Source of the DNA: Mycoplasma sp. Bg1
GTDB taxonomy: Bacteria; Bacillota_I; Bacilli_A; Mycoplasmatales; Hepatoplasmataceae
Direction of reading: 5' to 3'
Length of the DNA stretch: 64,000 nt
Assembly: GCA_001641205.1 (NCBI GenBank)
Contig: LSMX01000003.1
Coordinates: 120,177-184,176 of the forward strand
Shown here: piece by piece, positions 35,519-46,555 of the stretch
Position numbering within the stretch: position 1 is the first letter of the stretch
Layout: every line of letters begins with the position of its first letter
Notes under the pieces: generated by a model
Told to the model about the DNA's origin: nothing
The model's input: the letters and a program-made list of their open reading frames with translations, nothing else
The model's database searches: none
Program-made: the position numbers and the translations under genes

Positions 35519-35700
35519 TTCCTTTTCCTTCTCTAATTGAGCCATTTCCATTTCTCAATTAGGATTATTTTTTTTATAAAAGTATTGTAAAATTCACATA
35601 ATAAATCATAAAATTAATAATAAAACTAAAACTCCCCCCACTACTATAAGGGTAATTAAAAAATATAAACGATAATTATTTTGTTTATTATTCATCTAAA

Positions 35701-36117
35701 TTATTTATTTACTTCGATCAAGGAAGAATCATTATCTTTCTCTTTTTGATCTTCTTTTGTTACTTGATTTTTTTTAAACTCTTCTATTCTTTTTTTATCT
35801 TGTTCCACAAATGATTTTAAATCTTCTGGGGTAAATTGTGAAGCAGCATTCAATAAATCATTATAGAATTTAAGAACATTTGCTTTTGCTTTTTCTTTTA
35901 ATTTTGGGGTTGCATCTTCTGGTGTTGAAATGCTAAAAACTCTAAAATAAGCTTCATCAAAAGTCATTAGTAATTTTACTTCTAATGTTTCAACATTAAC
36001 TCTAACTTCACGAATTTTTTCAAAAAGAAAAATTTGTGCTGCAATCTCTTTTTCTCCCTGCGCAATTAGGATTAAAGATTTTTTTCCTAAAATTGTTTTT
36101 TTTCCTTTAATAGCCAT
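35701..36117 (-). CDS. hypothetical protein (138 aa)
   Basis: Intact ORF between hisS and the DJ-1 gene. No motif recognised. Confidence 0.5.
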   Translation of the reverse strand: MAIKGKKTILGKKSLILIAQGEKEIAAQIFLFEKIREVRVNVETLEVKLLMTFDEAYFRVFSISTPEDATPKLKEKAKANVLKFYNDLLNAASQFTPEDLKSFVEQDKKRIEEFKKNQVTKEDQKEKDNDSSLIEVNK

Positions 36118-36126
36118 GTTTCTCCT

Positions 36127-37368
36127 TTATAAACTATTTAGTTTTATTGTTTTCTGTTCTTCAGTCTGTAGATTTTTTATAATAACTTCTCCAGCAAGAG
36201 TTTCTTTTCCAACAATTATTAATTGCTTGTAATTATTCTTAATTGCTTTGCGCATTTTCTTTTCAAATTTTTGTAAAGAACAATCTAATTCTACTTGAAA
36301 ATTTTTTGCCCTTAATTTAGTTGCAACTTCAAGGGCAAAAGAAGTAAATTCAAAACTAGTGCTCATTACATAATAATTATTATTAATAATAAGTTCTTTT
36401 TTAAGATTATCAATTGCAACAAGAATTAAACGGGAAATTCCTAAAGCAAAACCAACTGCGGGAACATCTTTTTTAGAATCAAATTGGGCAATTAGATGAT
36501 CATATCTTCCCCCACCAATTATTGTATCTTTTGCTCCAAGAACTTTTTCCTCAGTACTTACAAATTCAAAAACTAAACCATTATAATAATCAAGTCCCCG
36601 AACAAGTTTGTTATCAATAATAAAACTAACTTTTAATTTTTTTAATTCATCACAAAGAGTATTAAAGGTATCTTGTTCTTTTTTATCAAGATAATCAATA
36701 ATTGAAGGAGCATTATTATTTATTAAAATATCAGCACTATCTTTTGAATCAAGAATTCGTAAAACATTATTATCTAATCTTGTTAAAGAATCAATTGATA
36801 ATTTATCTTTATTTAATAAGTAATATTTTTTTAAAGCTTTTAAATATGTTTTTCTGGAATCTAAAGTCCCAATACAATTTAATCTTAATTGATATTTTTT
36901 TATTTTAAATTCATCTAAAATTTGCTTTCCCAAAAGTAAAACTTCTAAATCAGCAAGTAAGGAAGAATCATTTAAGAGTTCAACTCCAAATTGAAAAAAT
37001 TCCCGTTGGCGCCCTTTTTGAGGTTGCTCATAACGAAACATTACTCCTTCATAATATAAACGTTGTTTTTTCCCTAGTTCAGTTAATTTATTTTCTAGCA
37101 CCATTCTTACAATAGGAGCTGTTCCTTCGGGACGCAAAACAAAATGATCTTTATTATTTTTTGCAACAAGTTCAAACATTTCTTTATTTACAATGTCGCT
37201 TTCTTCACCAACAGCCCTTTTAAAAAGATTGATATTTTCAAAAATAGGAGTTTTTACAAAAGCAAAATTGTAAGCTAATGCAACTTTTTCTAATTTATTT
37301 AGAGTTAATTTTAAAATTTGTGCTTCCTTTGCAAAATAATCTTGTGTTCCTTTTGCTTTTTGAATCAT
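36127..37368 (-). CDS. hisS: histidine--tRNA ligase
   Basis: MIQKAKGTQDYF.., LRPEGTAPIVR, FRYEQPQKGRQREF, GGGRYD. 413 aa. Confidence 0.93.
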   Translation of the reverse strand: MIQKAKGTQDYFAKEAQILKLTLNKLEKVALAYNFAFVKTPIFENINLFKRAVGEESDIVNKEMFELVAKNNKDHFVLRPEGTAPIVRMVLENKLTELGKKQRLYYEGVMFRYEQPQKGRQREFFQFGVELLNDSSLLADLEVLLLGKQILDEFKIKKYQLRLNCIGTLDSRKTYLKALKKYYLLNKDKLSIDSLTRLDNNVLRILDSKDSADILINNNAPSIIDYLDKKEQDTFNTLCDELKKLKVSFIIDNKLVRGLDYYNGLVFEFVSTEEKVLGAKDTIIGGGRYDHLIAQFDSKKDVPAVGFALGISRLILVAIDNLKKELIINNNYYVMSTSFEFTSFALEVATKLRAKNFQVELDCSLQKFEKKMRKAIKNNYKQLIIVGKETLAGEVIIKNLQTEEQKTIKLNSL

Positions 37369-40300
37369 TACATATTCACCCCAGAAATATATTCTTCTGA
37401 TAATTGATGAGGATCATAAGAATCTTCAATGTCTTTTAAAAGACGGTTTTCTTTTCGACAATCTTTTTTATGACGATAGATTGCTGCAAGTAAAGGATAG
37501 AAAGTTAAATTGTTTAAAATAATAAGTGGGGGAATTATAAAAAACATACACATTCCTGCAATTGCTGCAGTTCCTGCATAAGCAATTGCAATTGCAAAAA
37601 AGATAAATCCTAATCCCCAAATTAATAGTGAAATCATTAATAAATTTTTTGCTCCTTTTGCATAAGCTTCTTTATAAATTTCTAGATCTGTTGAATCTTG
37701 TACTTTTATTTTTTTAGTTCCTCTTGATGAAATTGTTAATTTAGAAATTAATGAAAATAATCCAAGAGCACTAAGTCCTAATCAAAAACTAATTCCAAAA
37801 GGAATTCATAAAATAAAAACAAGGATAAAAGAAGTCAATAATTCTCCAAAAAGAAGCGCAAACATTAAAGCAGCATCAGTTCATCCATACATTATTCAAG
37901 CAAAAATTAACATTGCAATTGCAGCAACAGCTAAAGCAATAAGAACACGATAACCATCATGAGCCTGTGTATAGGGAGTAAATAATGAAGGTAAACCATT
38001 ACCATTAGAAGTATTTACTGGTAGTGCTTCATTTTCTTCTGCTAAAGGTGTTGTATTTACAAGGGAACCAGTTTCTTCTTGTAATGAAAAATTAATTGTA
38101 ATATCATTATTTTTGATGTTGTAACCATTTTTAATTATTAAATCATTTGTGGAAACACCATTAAGTTGAGTTTCAATATCTGATTTTTGTTCTATTGTTA
38201 AAGCATCATAAGAACTTATTTGATAACCAAATCCATAGTTTCAATAAGGAATTGGAGCATCATTACTAGGATTCAATTTGTCTGTTATTCCAAAATGGTC
38301 ATTTCTTACCATTGCTGTTTCTTGAACTTTTATGTGATTATCTTCAAAAGCATCAGTAATATTTGATTCATATTTTTCTCCAAGAGCAAAAATATCTTCC
38401 TGTCCATAAGGATCATCAGAATTTAAATATCCATTTTCTTTACTAGAATCTGCTGCAGTTGTATCTACTCATGGAATAGTTGTATTTGTAGTTTGTCTTC
38501 CTTCATTATTGATTTCATCTTTACCAAAATACCAAAGATATTCTTCATCTACCAAGGTGTCTTCAACATCATTAAATGGATTATAATCAACATTTTGTGG
38601 ACTGTTTTTTGAAACTTGCATAACCACATTGTATTTAAATTCTGCTCTTTCACTACTAGCTCCATTTACTCCAGAACCCATTACTCCAGCAACAACCCCA
38701 AAAAATCCAAAGGTAATTACAGTTGCAAAAACTAAAACAACTCCAAAAGTTTTGGCCATTTTTTCTGATTGTAAAATATTTAATTTTTTATAATAACGGT
38801 CTGTTTCAAGTCCTTGATAAATCATCATTGAACCAGTCATCAAGTTTCAATTAGAAAATCTTTTTTGTCTAATTGTTGTTGAATAACTTGTTCAAACATC
38901 TAATTTATAAAGAAGTAAAGGATAAAATCCAAAAATAAAGATAATACTTAATACTAAAAAGACAATTGCTAAAAAGGCATTTATCCCAATTCAAAGTGGA
39001 GAAATCAAACCAAAGATAAATAGAAAAAGCATAATAAGTCCAAGGGGAATTAAATTATTATTTGTAATTTCAAGGAGATTTTTTTTGTACTTACTAAAAG
39101 GTGTAGTCGATTCATCATTATTATATTTAAATTTGTTTGTAATAAGGATAATAAATCCACAAGCAATAAGCAAGAAAAAGAAGATTGTACTAACAAATAA
39201 AAATCCTGCCGCAACCCCAGAAGCTGCCCCAAGCATTACAAAAATCATTGCTAAAATACTTAAAATTAGATCAGCAATTACTCCAAGAAGTCCAAGATAT
39301 CACATAATAAATAAAGCTACTAAAATAATAATTGTTGCAAAAGTTCAAAAAAGAATTTTCATTGCATTTTCATTTTTTTCATTATAAATAAATGAAGAAG
39401 AAATATAATTAAAATTTAAAGAAGAATTTGCTGCGTAATTAATTTTTTCATTTATTAATTTAGCCTCATTACTTGAAAGAGCTTTTGCTGGAGTTCATTC
39501 AACAAAACCGTCATTAAAAAGACTTGCCGCTTGTCTAACCTCTGTTTCTGAAAGAAGAAATGGTTTTGCTGAAGTTCTCTTGGTAATATTTTCTTGATCA
39601 ATTTGAGCACTTCCTTCTCTTTCTGATTTTACTGGATCCATAAAAGCATAAACTAATAATGGATCAACAGTATAAGCTGTTTCAGTCATTATTGGTTCAC
39701 CATTTTCATCAGTTTCTTCTGATTCACTTTGTGTTGTAATTTGATTTTTAGTAGAAGCACCGGCAGCCATTGCTCAGCCATCTTTATCAAAGGTGGTAAC
39801 TAATTTTTGATAAATATCATAGCCAGTTCACATGTAGGCTGTTCCAAGCATAGAATTATCTTGAGCACCAGTTGAAAGTTTAGTGGAAGCATCAATTGCT
39901 AAATCTAAATAATCTTCATCATTAAAAATAAGTTTAAAGTAGGCTTTACCACCATTATATTTTACAGTTGAAGATTCAATTAATTGATAACCACTAGAAG
40001 ATTCCTTAATTGCAGGAGAAATTGATGGATGTGCACTTGCAAGATCAATTGTCATATCATCTCCACTACCATCAGATTCAGGTTCGGAAACTACTCCAGT
40101 AAATGAATCTTCTACTAGAACATAATCATAATCAGCTCCAGACCCGCTTACTTCAAACATAGGATCACCCTGAACTGTTCTAAATTCAAGGTCTTCATTT
40201 ACAAAAGAATAACTATAAGCAATTGCAAGTCCTTTTTGTAATTGTTCAATTGATTGTCAAGAAAAGGGATTTTCATCATCAAGTCAATTTAAAGGCAAGT

Positions 40301-40616
40301 TAATCATGATTTCATCATTATTTGAAGTTAACACAATAGCTTGATCAACTCCCGCAACATCAAAACCTTGATCAATTCCACTTGCAAGTTGTTCAAGAGA
40401 ATAATTTGATTGTTCCAAACCAGCAACTTCCATTACAATTTGATAATGGTCATCCATAATAGGAGCACTATTATATTGAGCAACATTGTCTTGATTTTCA
40501 TGAGTATAATGAGAAATTCCAAATCCAGAACCTATAATAGTTCCAAAAAAAACAATTCCCCCTAGAATAGAGAAACAAATTTTTCTAGAATTTTTTTTCA
40601 AATTTATTTTCTTCAT
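37368..40616 (-). CDS. 1082-aa polytopic membrane protein with SecDF-like topology (putative divergent SecDF)
   Basis: Six track pieces (40284, 39828, 39495, 38991, 38469, 37368) share one frame, and each boundary stop I checked is TGA. I also translated the 39249..39494 gap and the first codons below 38469 and found no TAA/TAG. The rest of the large gap 37638..38468 and the other short gaps were read by eye only. Topology is TM1, large loop, a roughly 5-TM block, TM, second loop, a roughly 5-TM block. It lies upstream of hisS-aspS, as secDF does in Bacillus. Confidence 0.5.
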
Positions 40617-40617
40617 T

Positions 40618-40857
40618 TTATATTTCAGGATTGATTATTGAATTTATTCATAAAAATTCAATAATTTCTTTAGTTTTATCTCCATTTGCAAAATTAATTA
40701 AACTCTTTTTATTTAAGTTAGACTGAGAAAATTCATAGCGATCTAAAAAAAGTAAAAGATCATTTAAATTAATAGTAATATCCTCTTCAAGTTGAAGTTG
40801 AATTATTTTAATTATTAAAATAGAAATTATAAATTGGACTTTCTTAGAGCTTTTCAT
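40618..40857 (-). CDS. hypothetical protein (79 aa)
   Basis: The 40648..40857 piece extends through TGA to TAA at 40618, directly upstream of the large membrane-protein gene. Confidence 0.35.
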
Positions 40858-40919
40858 ATTCTCTATAATTATATAAGACTTAAATATTTTTATTTTAATT
40901 AAATAATTATTTATAAGAA

Positions 40920-40940
40920 AAAACTAGTAAAACTAGTTTT
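40920..40940 (-). terminator. terminator hairpin downstream of ldh copy 1
   Basis: Stem aaaactagt/actagtttt with a 3-nt loop, flanked by A/T runs. Confidence 0.45.
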
Positions 40941-40958
40941 TAATTTAAGAATCTTGTT

Positions 40959-41918
40959 TTATTTTTTAATTGTAGAAACTGCTTTTAGGGTTACTTCTTT
41001 TAAAGTAGAAACAGATTCAATAAATTGTTTTTTTTCTTTTTCTGAAAGATCTAATTCAAAAGTACGAATAATTCCTTCTTTTCCAATTAAACAAGGAATT
41101 CCTGCATAAGTTCCTTCCATCCCATATTCTCCAGAAAGAAGTGCTCCCGTTGCAAAGACTCTTTTTTCATCTCTTAAAATTGCTCTTGCAATATCAGTAA
41201 GGTTCATTCCAATTCCATAATAGGTTGCTCTTTTACGATCAATAATTTCATAAGCTTTTTTTCAAACAGTTTCATGAACTTTTGCAAGTTTTTCCTCTGT
41301 AAGTCCATATTTATCATATAGTGTTGATAGTTTAACTCCATTTAAAGTTGCAACTGAAAATGTTGAAACTGATGAATCACCATGTTCTCCCATTACATAA
41401 ATTCCAAAATCTCTTGGTGCTGCGTCTTCGATTAATTTAGATAATTCTAATTTTAATCTTGATGTATCAAGTGCACATGATGCTGAAATAACTTTACTTG
41501 GTTCAAATCCTGTAACTTGTTGAAAAACTGTAGTCATCACATCAACAGGATTTGAAGCAACAATTGTCACTCCTTCAAACCCATTTGCTTTAACTTGATC
41601 AGCAATTGATTTCATAATTTTGACATTATCTTCAACCATTGCAAGTCTTGTTTCACCTGGTTTTTGAGGTCTCCCTGCAGTAATTACAAGTAAATCTGCA
41701 TCTTTTACAAGTTCATAACCACCATTTTCAACAATATAATCTGTTGCTGTAGTTCCTCTTCCATCTTCAAGATCAAGTTTTTGACCATAAGCAACTTCTT
41801 CATTAATATCGATAATTCCATAATATTTTGCTAAATTTTGATTTGTTGCTGCATATAAGAATGACATCCCGACAAATCCCGCACCAATAAGCACTACTTT
41901 GTTTGTTGTATTTTTCAT
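40959..41918 (-). CDS. ldh: L-lactate dehydrogenase (canonical specificity loop)
   Basis: VVLIGAGFVGMS (Rossmann fold), loop ITAGRPQKPGETR (Gln102/Arg109 equivalents), LDTSRL, GEHGDS. Two same-frame pieces joined by TGA. Confidence 0.88.
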
Positions 41919-42087
41919 TTTTTCTCCAATAATAATTATATTTCTATTATATTACTAAATAATTAAGGAAATTTAAATATTTTAGATGGTTTGTTTTTTA
42001 TAAAAAAATAAAACAATTAAATAAAATAAATTTAATTTTTTTCTAATATTATTTAAATAAATTATTTAAATAAAGTAAGGGAAAAAC

Positions 42088-42321
42088 ATGAAAACAGAAA
42101 CAGACATAAAAACATTTTATTATTTAGGATTAATCTTTTTATTTATAGGATTATCAATATTTTTTGGAGTATTAGCAGGTTACTGTCATGAAGGAATAAA
42201 ATCTGCAAAGGATAGTTCTTATTATACTGCAACATTAAATCAGCATTTAATTTACTATTCATTTATTCTTTTGATATTTTTGCAATTCTTTTTACAATAT
42301 ATTCATTTAATAATTTTTTAA
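42088..42321 (+). CDS. small 2-TM membrane protein (77 aa), member of the repeated TM-module family
   Basis: ..KTFYYLGLIFLFIGLSIFFGVLAGY...LIYYSFILLIFLQFFLQYIHLIIF. Same layout as the two modules inside 48771..49517. Confidence 0.5.
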   Translation: MKTETDIKTFYYLGLIFLFIGLSIFFGVLAGYCHEGIKSAKDSSYYTATLNQHLIYYSFILLIFLQFFLQYIHLIIF

Positions 42322-42542
42322 ATTGTTTAAACGAAAAGAAAAAATTAAAATATGAAACTAATTACAATCCTATTAATTTTAAAAATACTCAAAATTAATA
42401 AAATAATAGGATTAAATATACTGTTTTAAATTAAAACCCTCAAAACTTTAATTTTTTATTTTATAAATAGCCTCCAACAAGAAAGCACTTTATTTTTAGT
42501 ATAATTATATTATTATATTCACAAAATAAAGGAAAAATAACT

Positions 42543-42977
42543 ATGCCACGAAGAAGAAGGGGTAAACCCATTATGACAACTGCTGTAACTATGAGTGCAA
42601 TGTCAAATAGAAAAACAAATAAAATGCAACAACAGCAAATGCAACAACAACAAACTCAGCAAACTCAACAACAACAAAATTATGCTACAGCACAAGACCC
42701 AATGCAACCTGCAACTCCTGTTCAACCAGAAGTAGTTGCACCAATAAAAGAAGAAGAACAAGCAGATCAAATTAGAACTATTGCTTCTGCAATTTCACTT
42801 TATCGAAAAAAAGGTTTAAGTTTTGCAGAAATCTTTACCAAAGTTGAAGCTTATAATAAAGGTTTTAAAAGTGAAGAAGATTTTAAAAAAGGATATTTAG
42901 ACTTTGTAAATGAAGAAGCAATTACTAATCCTAAATGAGAATCTGTACTTGAATTTGAACTAGAGCACCAAGAATAA
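42543..42977 (+). CDS. Arg/Gln-rich protein with conserved C-terminal domain, paralog A (144 aa)
   Basis: MPRRRRGKPIMTTAVTMSAMSNRKTNKMQQQQMQQQQTQQ.. then IRTIASAISLYRKKGLSFAEIFTKVEAYNKGF..W(TGA)ESVLEFELEHQE. RBS aaaggaaaaa and a tataat box lie upstream. Confidence 0.7.
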
Positions 42978-43017
42978 AATTCTAATTTAAATTTATAAAT
43001 TTGTTTATTATTAAAAT

Positions 43018-43047
43018 AAAAAAATAGGAATTAATTCCTATTTTTTT
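43018..43047. terminator. terminator hairpin (aaaaataggaatt/aattcctattttt family), copy 1
   Basis: Palindrome centred at 43032/43033 and flanked by A-run and T-run, so it could act in both directions (Q-rich gene on plus, ldh-like 2 on minus). Confidence 0.6.
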
Positions 43048-43128
43048 ATTTTCTTTATGTAATTTAAAATTTCCACTTTACAAAAAGCATTAATTCTTAT
43101 ATTAAGACTAATCTTATCTTTTATAATT

Positions 43129-44097
43129 TTAATTCTCTTCCCTAATTATAGAAAATGCTTTTAAGTTTAATTCTTTTAAAATTGAAATAGATTTAATAAA
43201 TTTAGCTTTTTCTTTTTCTGAAAGATCTAATTCGAAAGTTCTAATAATTCCTTCTTTTCCAATTAAACATGGAATTGCTGCATAAGTTCCTGCAATTCCA
43301 TATTCCCCCGAAAGAAGTGCTCCCGTTGCAAAAACTCTTTTTTCATCTCTTAAAACTGAACAAGCAATATCAACTAAAACCATTCCAATTCCATAACTAG
43401 TTAATCCTTTACGATTAAAAATTTCATAAGCTTTTTTTCAAACAGTTTCATGAACTTTAGCAAGTTTTTCTTCTGTAAGTCCATATTCTTCATATAATGT
43501 TGATAACTTAACTCCTTTTAATGTTGCAGCTGAAAATGCTGCAACAGAAGAATCTCCGTGTTCTCCCATTATATAAACATCAAAATCTTTTGGGGCTGCA
43601 TTTTCAATAAGTTTTGAAAGTTCTATTTTAAGTCTTGAAGAATCAAGAACACATGAAGCTGAAATTACTTTATTTGGTTCAATTCCAGTAATATGTTGAT
43701 AAATTATTGAAGCAGCTTCAAGTGGAGCTGAGGCAATAATAGTTATTCCTTTAAATCCGCTTGCTTTAACTTGAACTGCAATTGATTTCATAATTTTTAC
43801 AGTTCCTTCTAATAAATCATGTCTTGTTCCACCTGGTTTTAATGGTCCTCCCCCAGCAGCAATAATAAGTAAATCTGCATCTTTTAGAAGTTCATATCCA
43901 CCATCTTCTACAATATAATCACTTTCAATAGATCCTCTTCCATCTTCAAGATCAAGTTTTTGGCCATGAGCAAATTCACTTTTTAAATCAATAATTCCAT
44001 AATATTTTGCTAAATTTTGGTTTATTGCTGCATATAAAAATGATGTTCCTACATATCCAGCACCAATAACTACTACTTTATTTGTTGTATTTTCCAT
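43129..44097 (-). CDS. LDH-family 2-hydroxyacid dehydrogenase, variant specificity loop (paralog 2)
   Basis: VVVIGAGYVGTS, LDSSRL, GEHGDS, but the loop reads IAAGGGPLKPGGTR. That is one extra residue, Leu in place of Gln102, and Gly in place of the Glu before Thr-Arg. Confidence 0.8.
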
Positions 44098-44228
44098 TTC
44101 TACTCCTATTATAATTATTTTTTTAATCCTTAAAATTAATAAATATAAGACATTCTATGATCTTTATACCATTTTAAAATTTTTAAGTGAACTTTTACCT
44201 CTACTTAGGTTTTATTCCATAAATAACT

Positions 44229-45197
44229 TTAATTCATTTCTTCAATTATAGAAAGTGCTTTTACTTTTAAATCTTTTAAAACCAAAACAGATTTAATAAA
44301 TTGAGTTTTTTCTTTTTCTGAAAGTTCTAATTCAAAAGTACGAATAATACCTTCTTTTCCAATTAAGCAAGGAATTCCAGCATAAGTTCCTGCAATTCCA
44401 TATTCTCCTGAAAGAAGTGCTCCCGTTGCAAACATTCTTTTTTCATCTCTTAAAATTGAACGTGAAATGTCAACTAAAGTCATAGCAATTCCATAACAAG
44501 TTAATCCTTTACGATTAAAAATTTCATAACCTTTTCTTCAAACAGCTTCATGAACTTTAGCAAGTTTTTCTTCTGTAAGTCCATACTCATCATATAATGT
44601 TGAAAGTTTAACTCCTTTTAATGTTGCAACTGAAAAAGCAGAAACTGATGAATCTCCATGTTCTCCCATTACATAAATTCCAAAATCTTTTGGAGCTACA
44701 TTTTCAATAAGTTTTGAAAGTTCTAATTTAAGTCTTGAAGAATCAAGTGCACATGAAGCTGAAATTACTTTATTTGGTTCAAATCCAGTAACATGTTGAT
44801 AAATTGTTGTTGCTATATCAACTGGATTTGAAGCAATAACAGTTACTCCTTTAAAATCATTTGCTTTAACAGAAACTGCAATTGATTTCATAATTTTTGC
44901 GGTATCTTCAAGTAAATCAAGTCTTGTTCCGCCTGGTTTTAATGGCCCACCACCAGCAGCAATTATAAGCAAATCTGCATCTTTTACAAGTTCATAACCA
45001 CCATCTTCTACGATATAATCAGTTCCAATAGATCCTCTTCCATCTTCAAGATCAAGTTTTTGGCCATGAGCCATTTCTCTATTTAAATCAATAATTCCAT
45101 AATTTTTTGCTAAATTTTGGTTTATTGCTGCATATAGAAATGAAGTTCCTACATATCCGGCCCCAATAACTACTACTTTATTTGTTGTATTTTCCAT
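44229..45197 (-). CDS. LDH-family 2-hydroxyacid dehydrogenase, variant specificity loop (paralog 3)
   Basis: Same variant loop IAAGGGPLKPGGTR. Very similar to paralog 2 along its whole length. Confidence 0.8.
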
Positions 45198-45453
45198 TTT
45201 TTCCCCTCCAATAATTATATTTCATTATATTATTAAATATTTAACTGATTTAAAATATTTTAAAAAATCATTATACATAATTTATAAATTAAAAAAAACA
45301 AATTTATACTACAATAAAAAAATAAAATTAATAAAAACTTTAATTACATAAATAAGTTAAATTAATTTTAAAATAAACTTATTAATTGAGGAATAGATCT
45401 TATTTAGTATAATTTTATTATTATATTTATGAAATAAAGGAAAAAAAGTAATC

Positions 45454-45879
45454 ATGCCAAGAAGAAGAAGGGGAAGACCTCTTATGACAACCGCTGTAAC
45501 AATGAGTGCATTATCAAATAGAAAAACAAATAAAATGCAACAACAACAAATGCAGCAAGATCAACAAACGCAACAACAAAACTATGCAACAGCACAACAA
45601 CCAATGCAACCTGTTGCGCCTATTCAACAAGAAGTAGTTGCGCCAATACAAAAAGAAGAACAAACAGATCAAATTAGAACTATTGCTTCTGCAATTTCCC
45701 TTTATCGAAAAAAAGGATTAAATTTTGCAGAAATCTTTACTAAAGTAGAAGCTTATAATAAAGGCTATAAAAATGAAGATGACTTTAAAAAAGGATATTT
45801 AGATTTTGTAAATGAAGAAGCAATTAGTAACGCTAAATGAGAATCTGTACTTGAATTTGAATTAGAAAACCAAGAATAA
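45454..45879 (+). CDS. Arg/Gln-rich protein with conserved C-terminal domain, paralog B (141 aa)
   Basis: MPRRRRGRPLMTTAVTMSALSNRKTNKMQQQQMQQDQQTQQQ.. ..IRTIASAISLYRKKGLNFAEIFTKVEAYNKGY..W(TGA)ESVLEFELENQE. Its upstream region is homologous to that of paralog A. Confidence 0.7.
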
Positions 45880-45908
45880 AGCTATAAGAAAGTATCATTA
45901 AAATGAAT

Positions 45909-45941
45909 AAAAAAAATAGGAATTAAATTCCTATTTTTTTT
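45909..45941. terminator. terminator hairpin (ataggaatt/aattcctat family), copy 2
   Basis: aaaaaaaataggaattaaattcctatttttttt. Confidence 0.6.
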
Positions 45942-45956
45942 ATTATTATCTAAATT

Positions 45957-46354
45957 CTAATATGTATGTGTTGCTTCTTTTCCTTCAAGAATATCAACAC
46001 CGTTTGAAGTTCCAATTCTACTTGCCCCAGCATTAATATATGCTTCAGCATCTTCGTAGGTTCTAACTCCACCTGCAGCTTTAATTTTTGTATCAGGATT
46101 AATATTATCTTTCATAATTTTTACTGCTTCTAAAGTAGCTACTGAACAATCAATTCCTGTAGAAGTTTTTACAAAATCTCATTTTGCATTACTTGCAATT
46201 CTTGATGCTTTTGCAATTTGATCATCGCTAAGAAGAGCAATTTCTAAAATAATTTTAATTGTTGTTCCTTCTGTTGCAGCTCTAATTGCTTTTAGCTCAT
46301 TTTCAACGTATTCTCAATCTCCTGATTTAATCATGGAAACATTAATTACATAAT
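45957..46354 (-). pseudogene. deoC 3' fragment (about 132 C-terminal codons), copy 1
   Basis: Near-identical (a handful of mismatches by eye) to 49854..50251 of the intact deoC, including the stop codon. Homology ends abruptly after ..aattacataat at 46354. No 5' part and no start codon. Confidence 0.85.
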
Positions 46355-46555
46355 TAAATCTATCTACTTCTTTTATAAAAGCACTTTTTTTACTATACAA
46401 ATTTTAGTATTATTATTTTTATTTCAAAAAAATTACAAAATAAAACTAAAAATACAAAAATGATGTTTGTAATTATTGTAATTTAGATGAAATTAATTAG
46501 ATTAATTGTTTTAATAGTTATTTTAATTTAAAAAAGAATCATTTTCTCAATAAAT

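Noticed and set aside
42352-42429. 25-aa ORF (MKLITILLILKILKINKIIGLNILF) and a 10-bp inverted repeat (42366..42375 / 42404..42413) between the 2-TM gene and Arg/Gln-rich paralog A.
   Set aside because: The ORF is too short, has no RBS, and cannot be assessed for conservation here. The inverted repeat has a 28-nt loop and no T-run, so it is not a convincing terminator.
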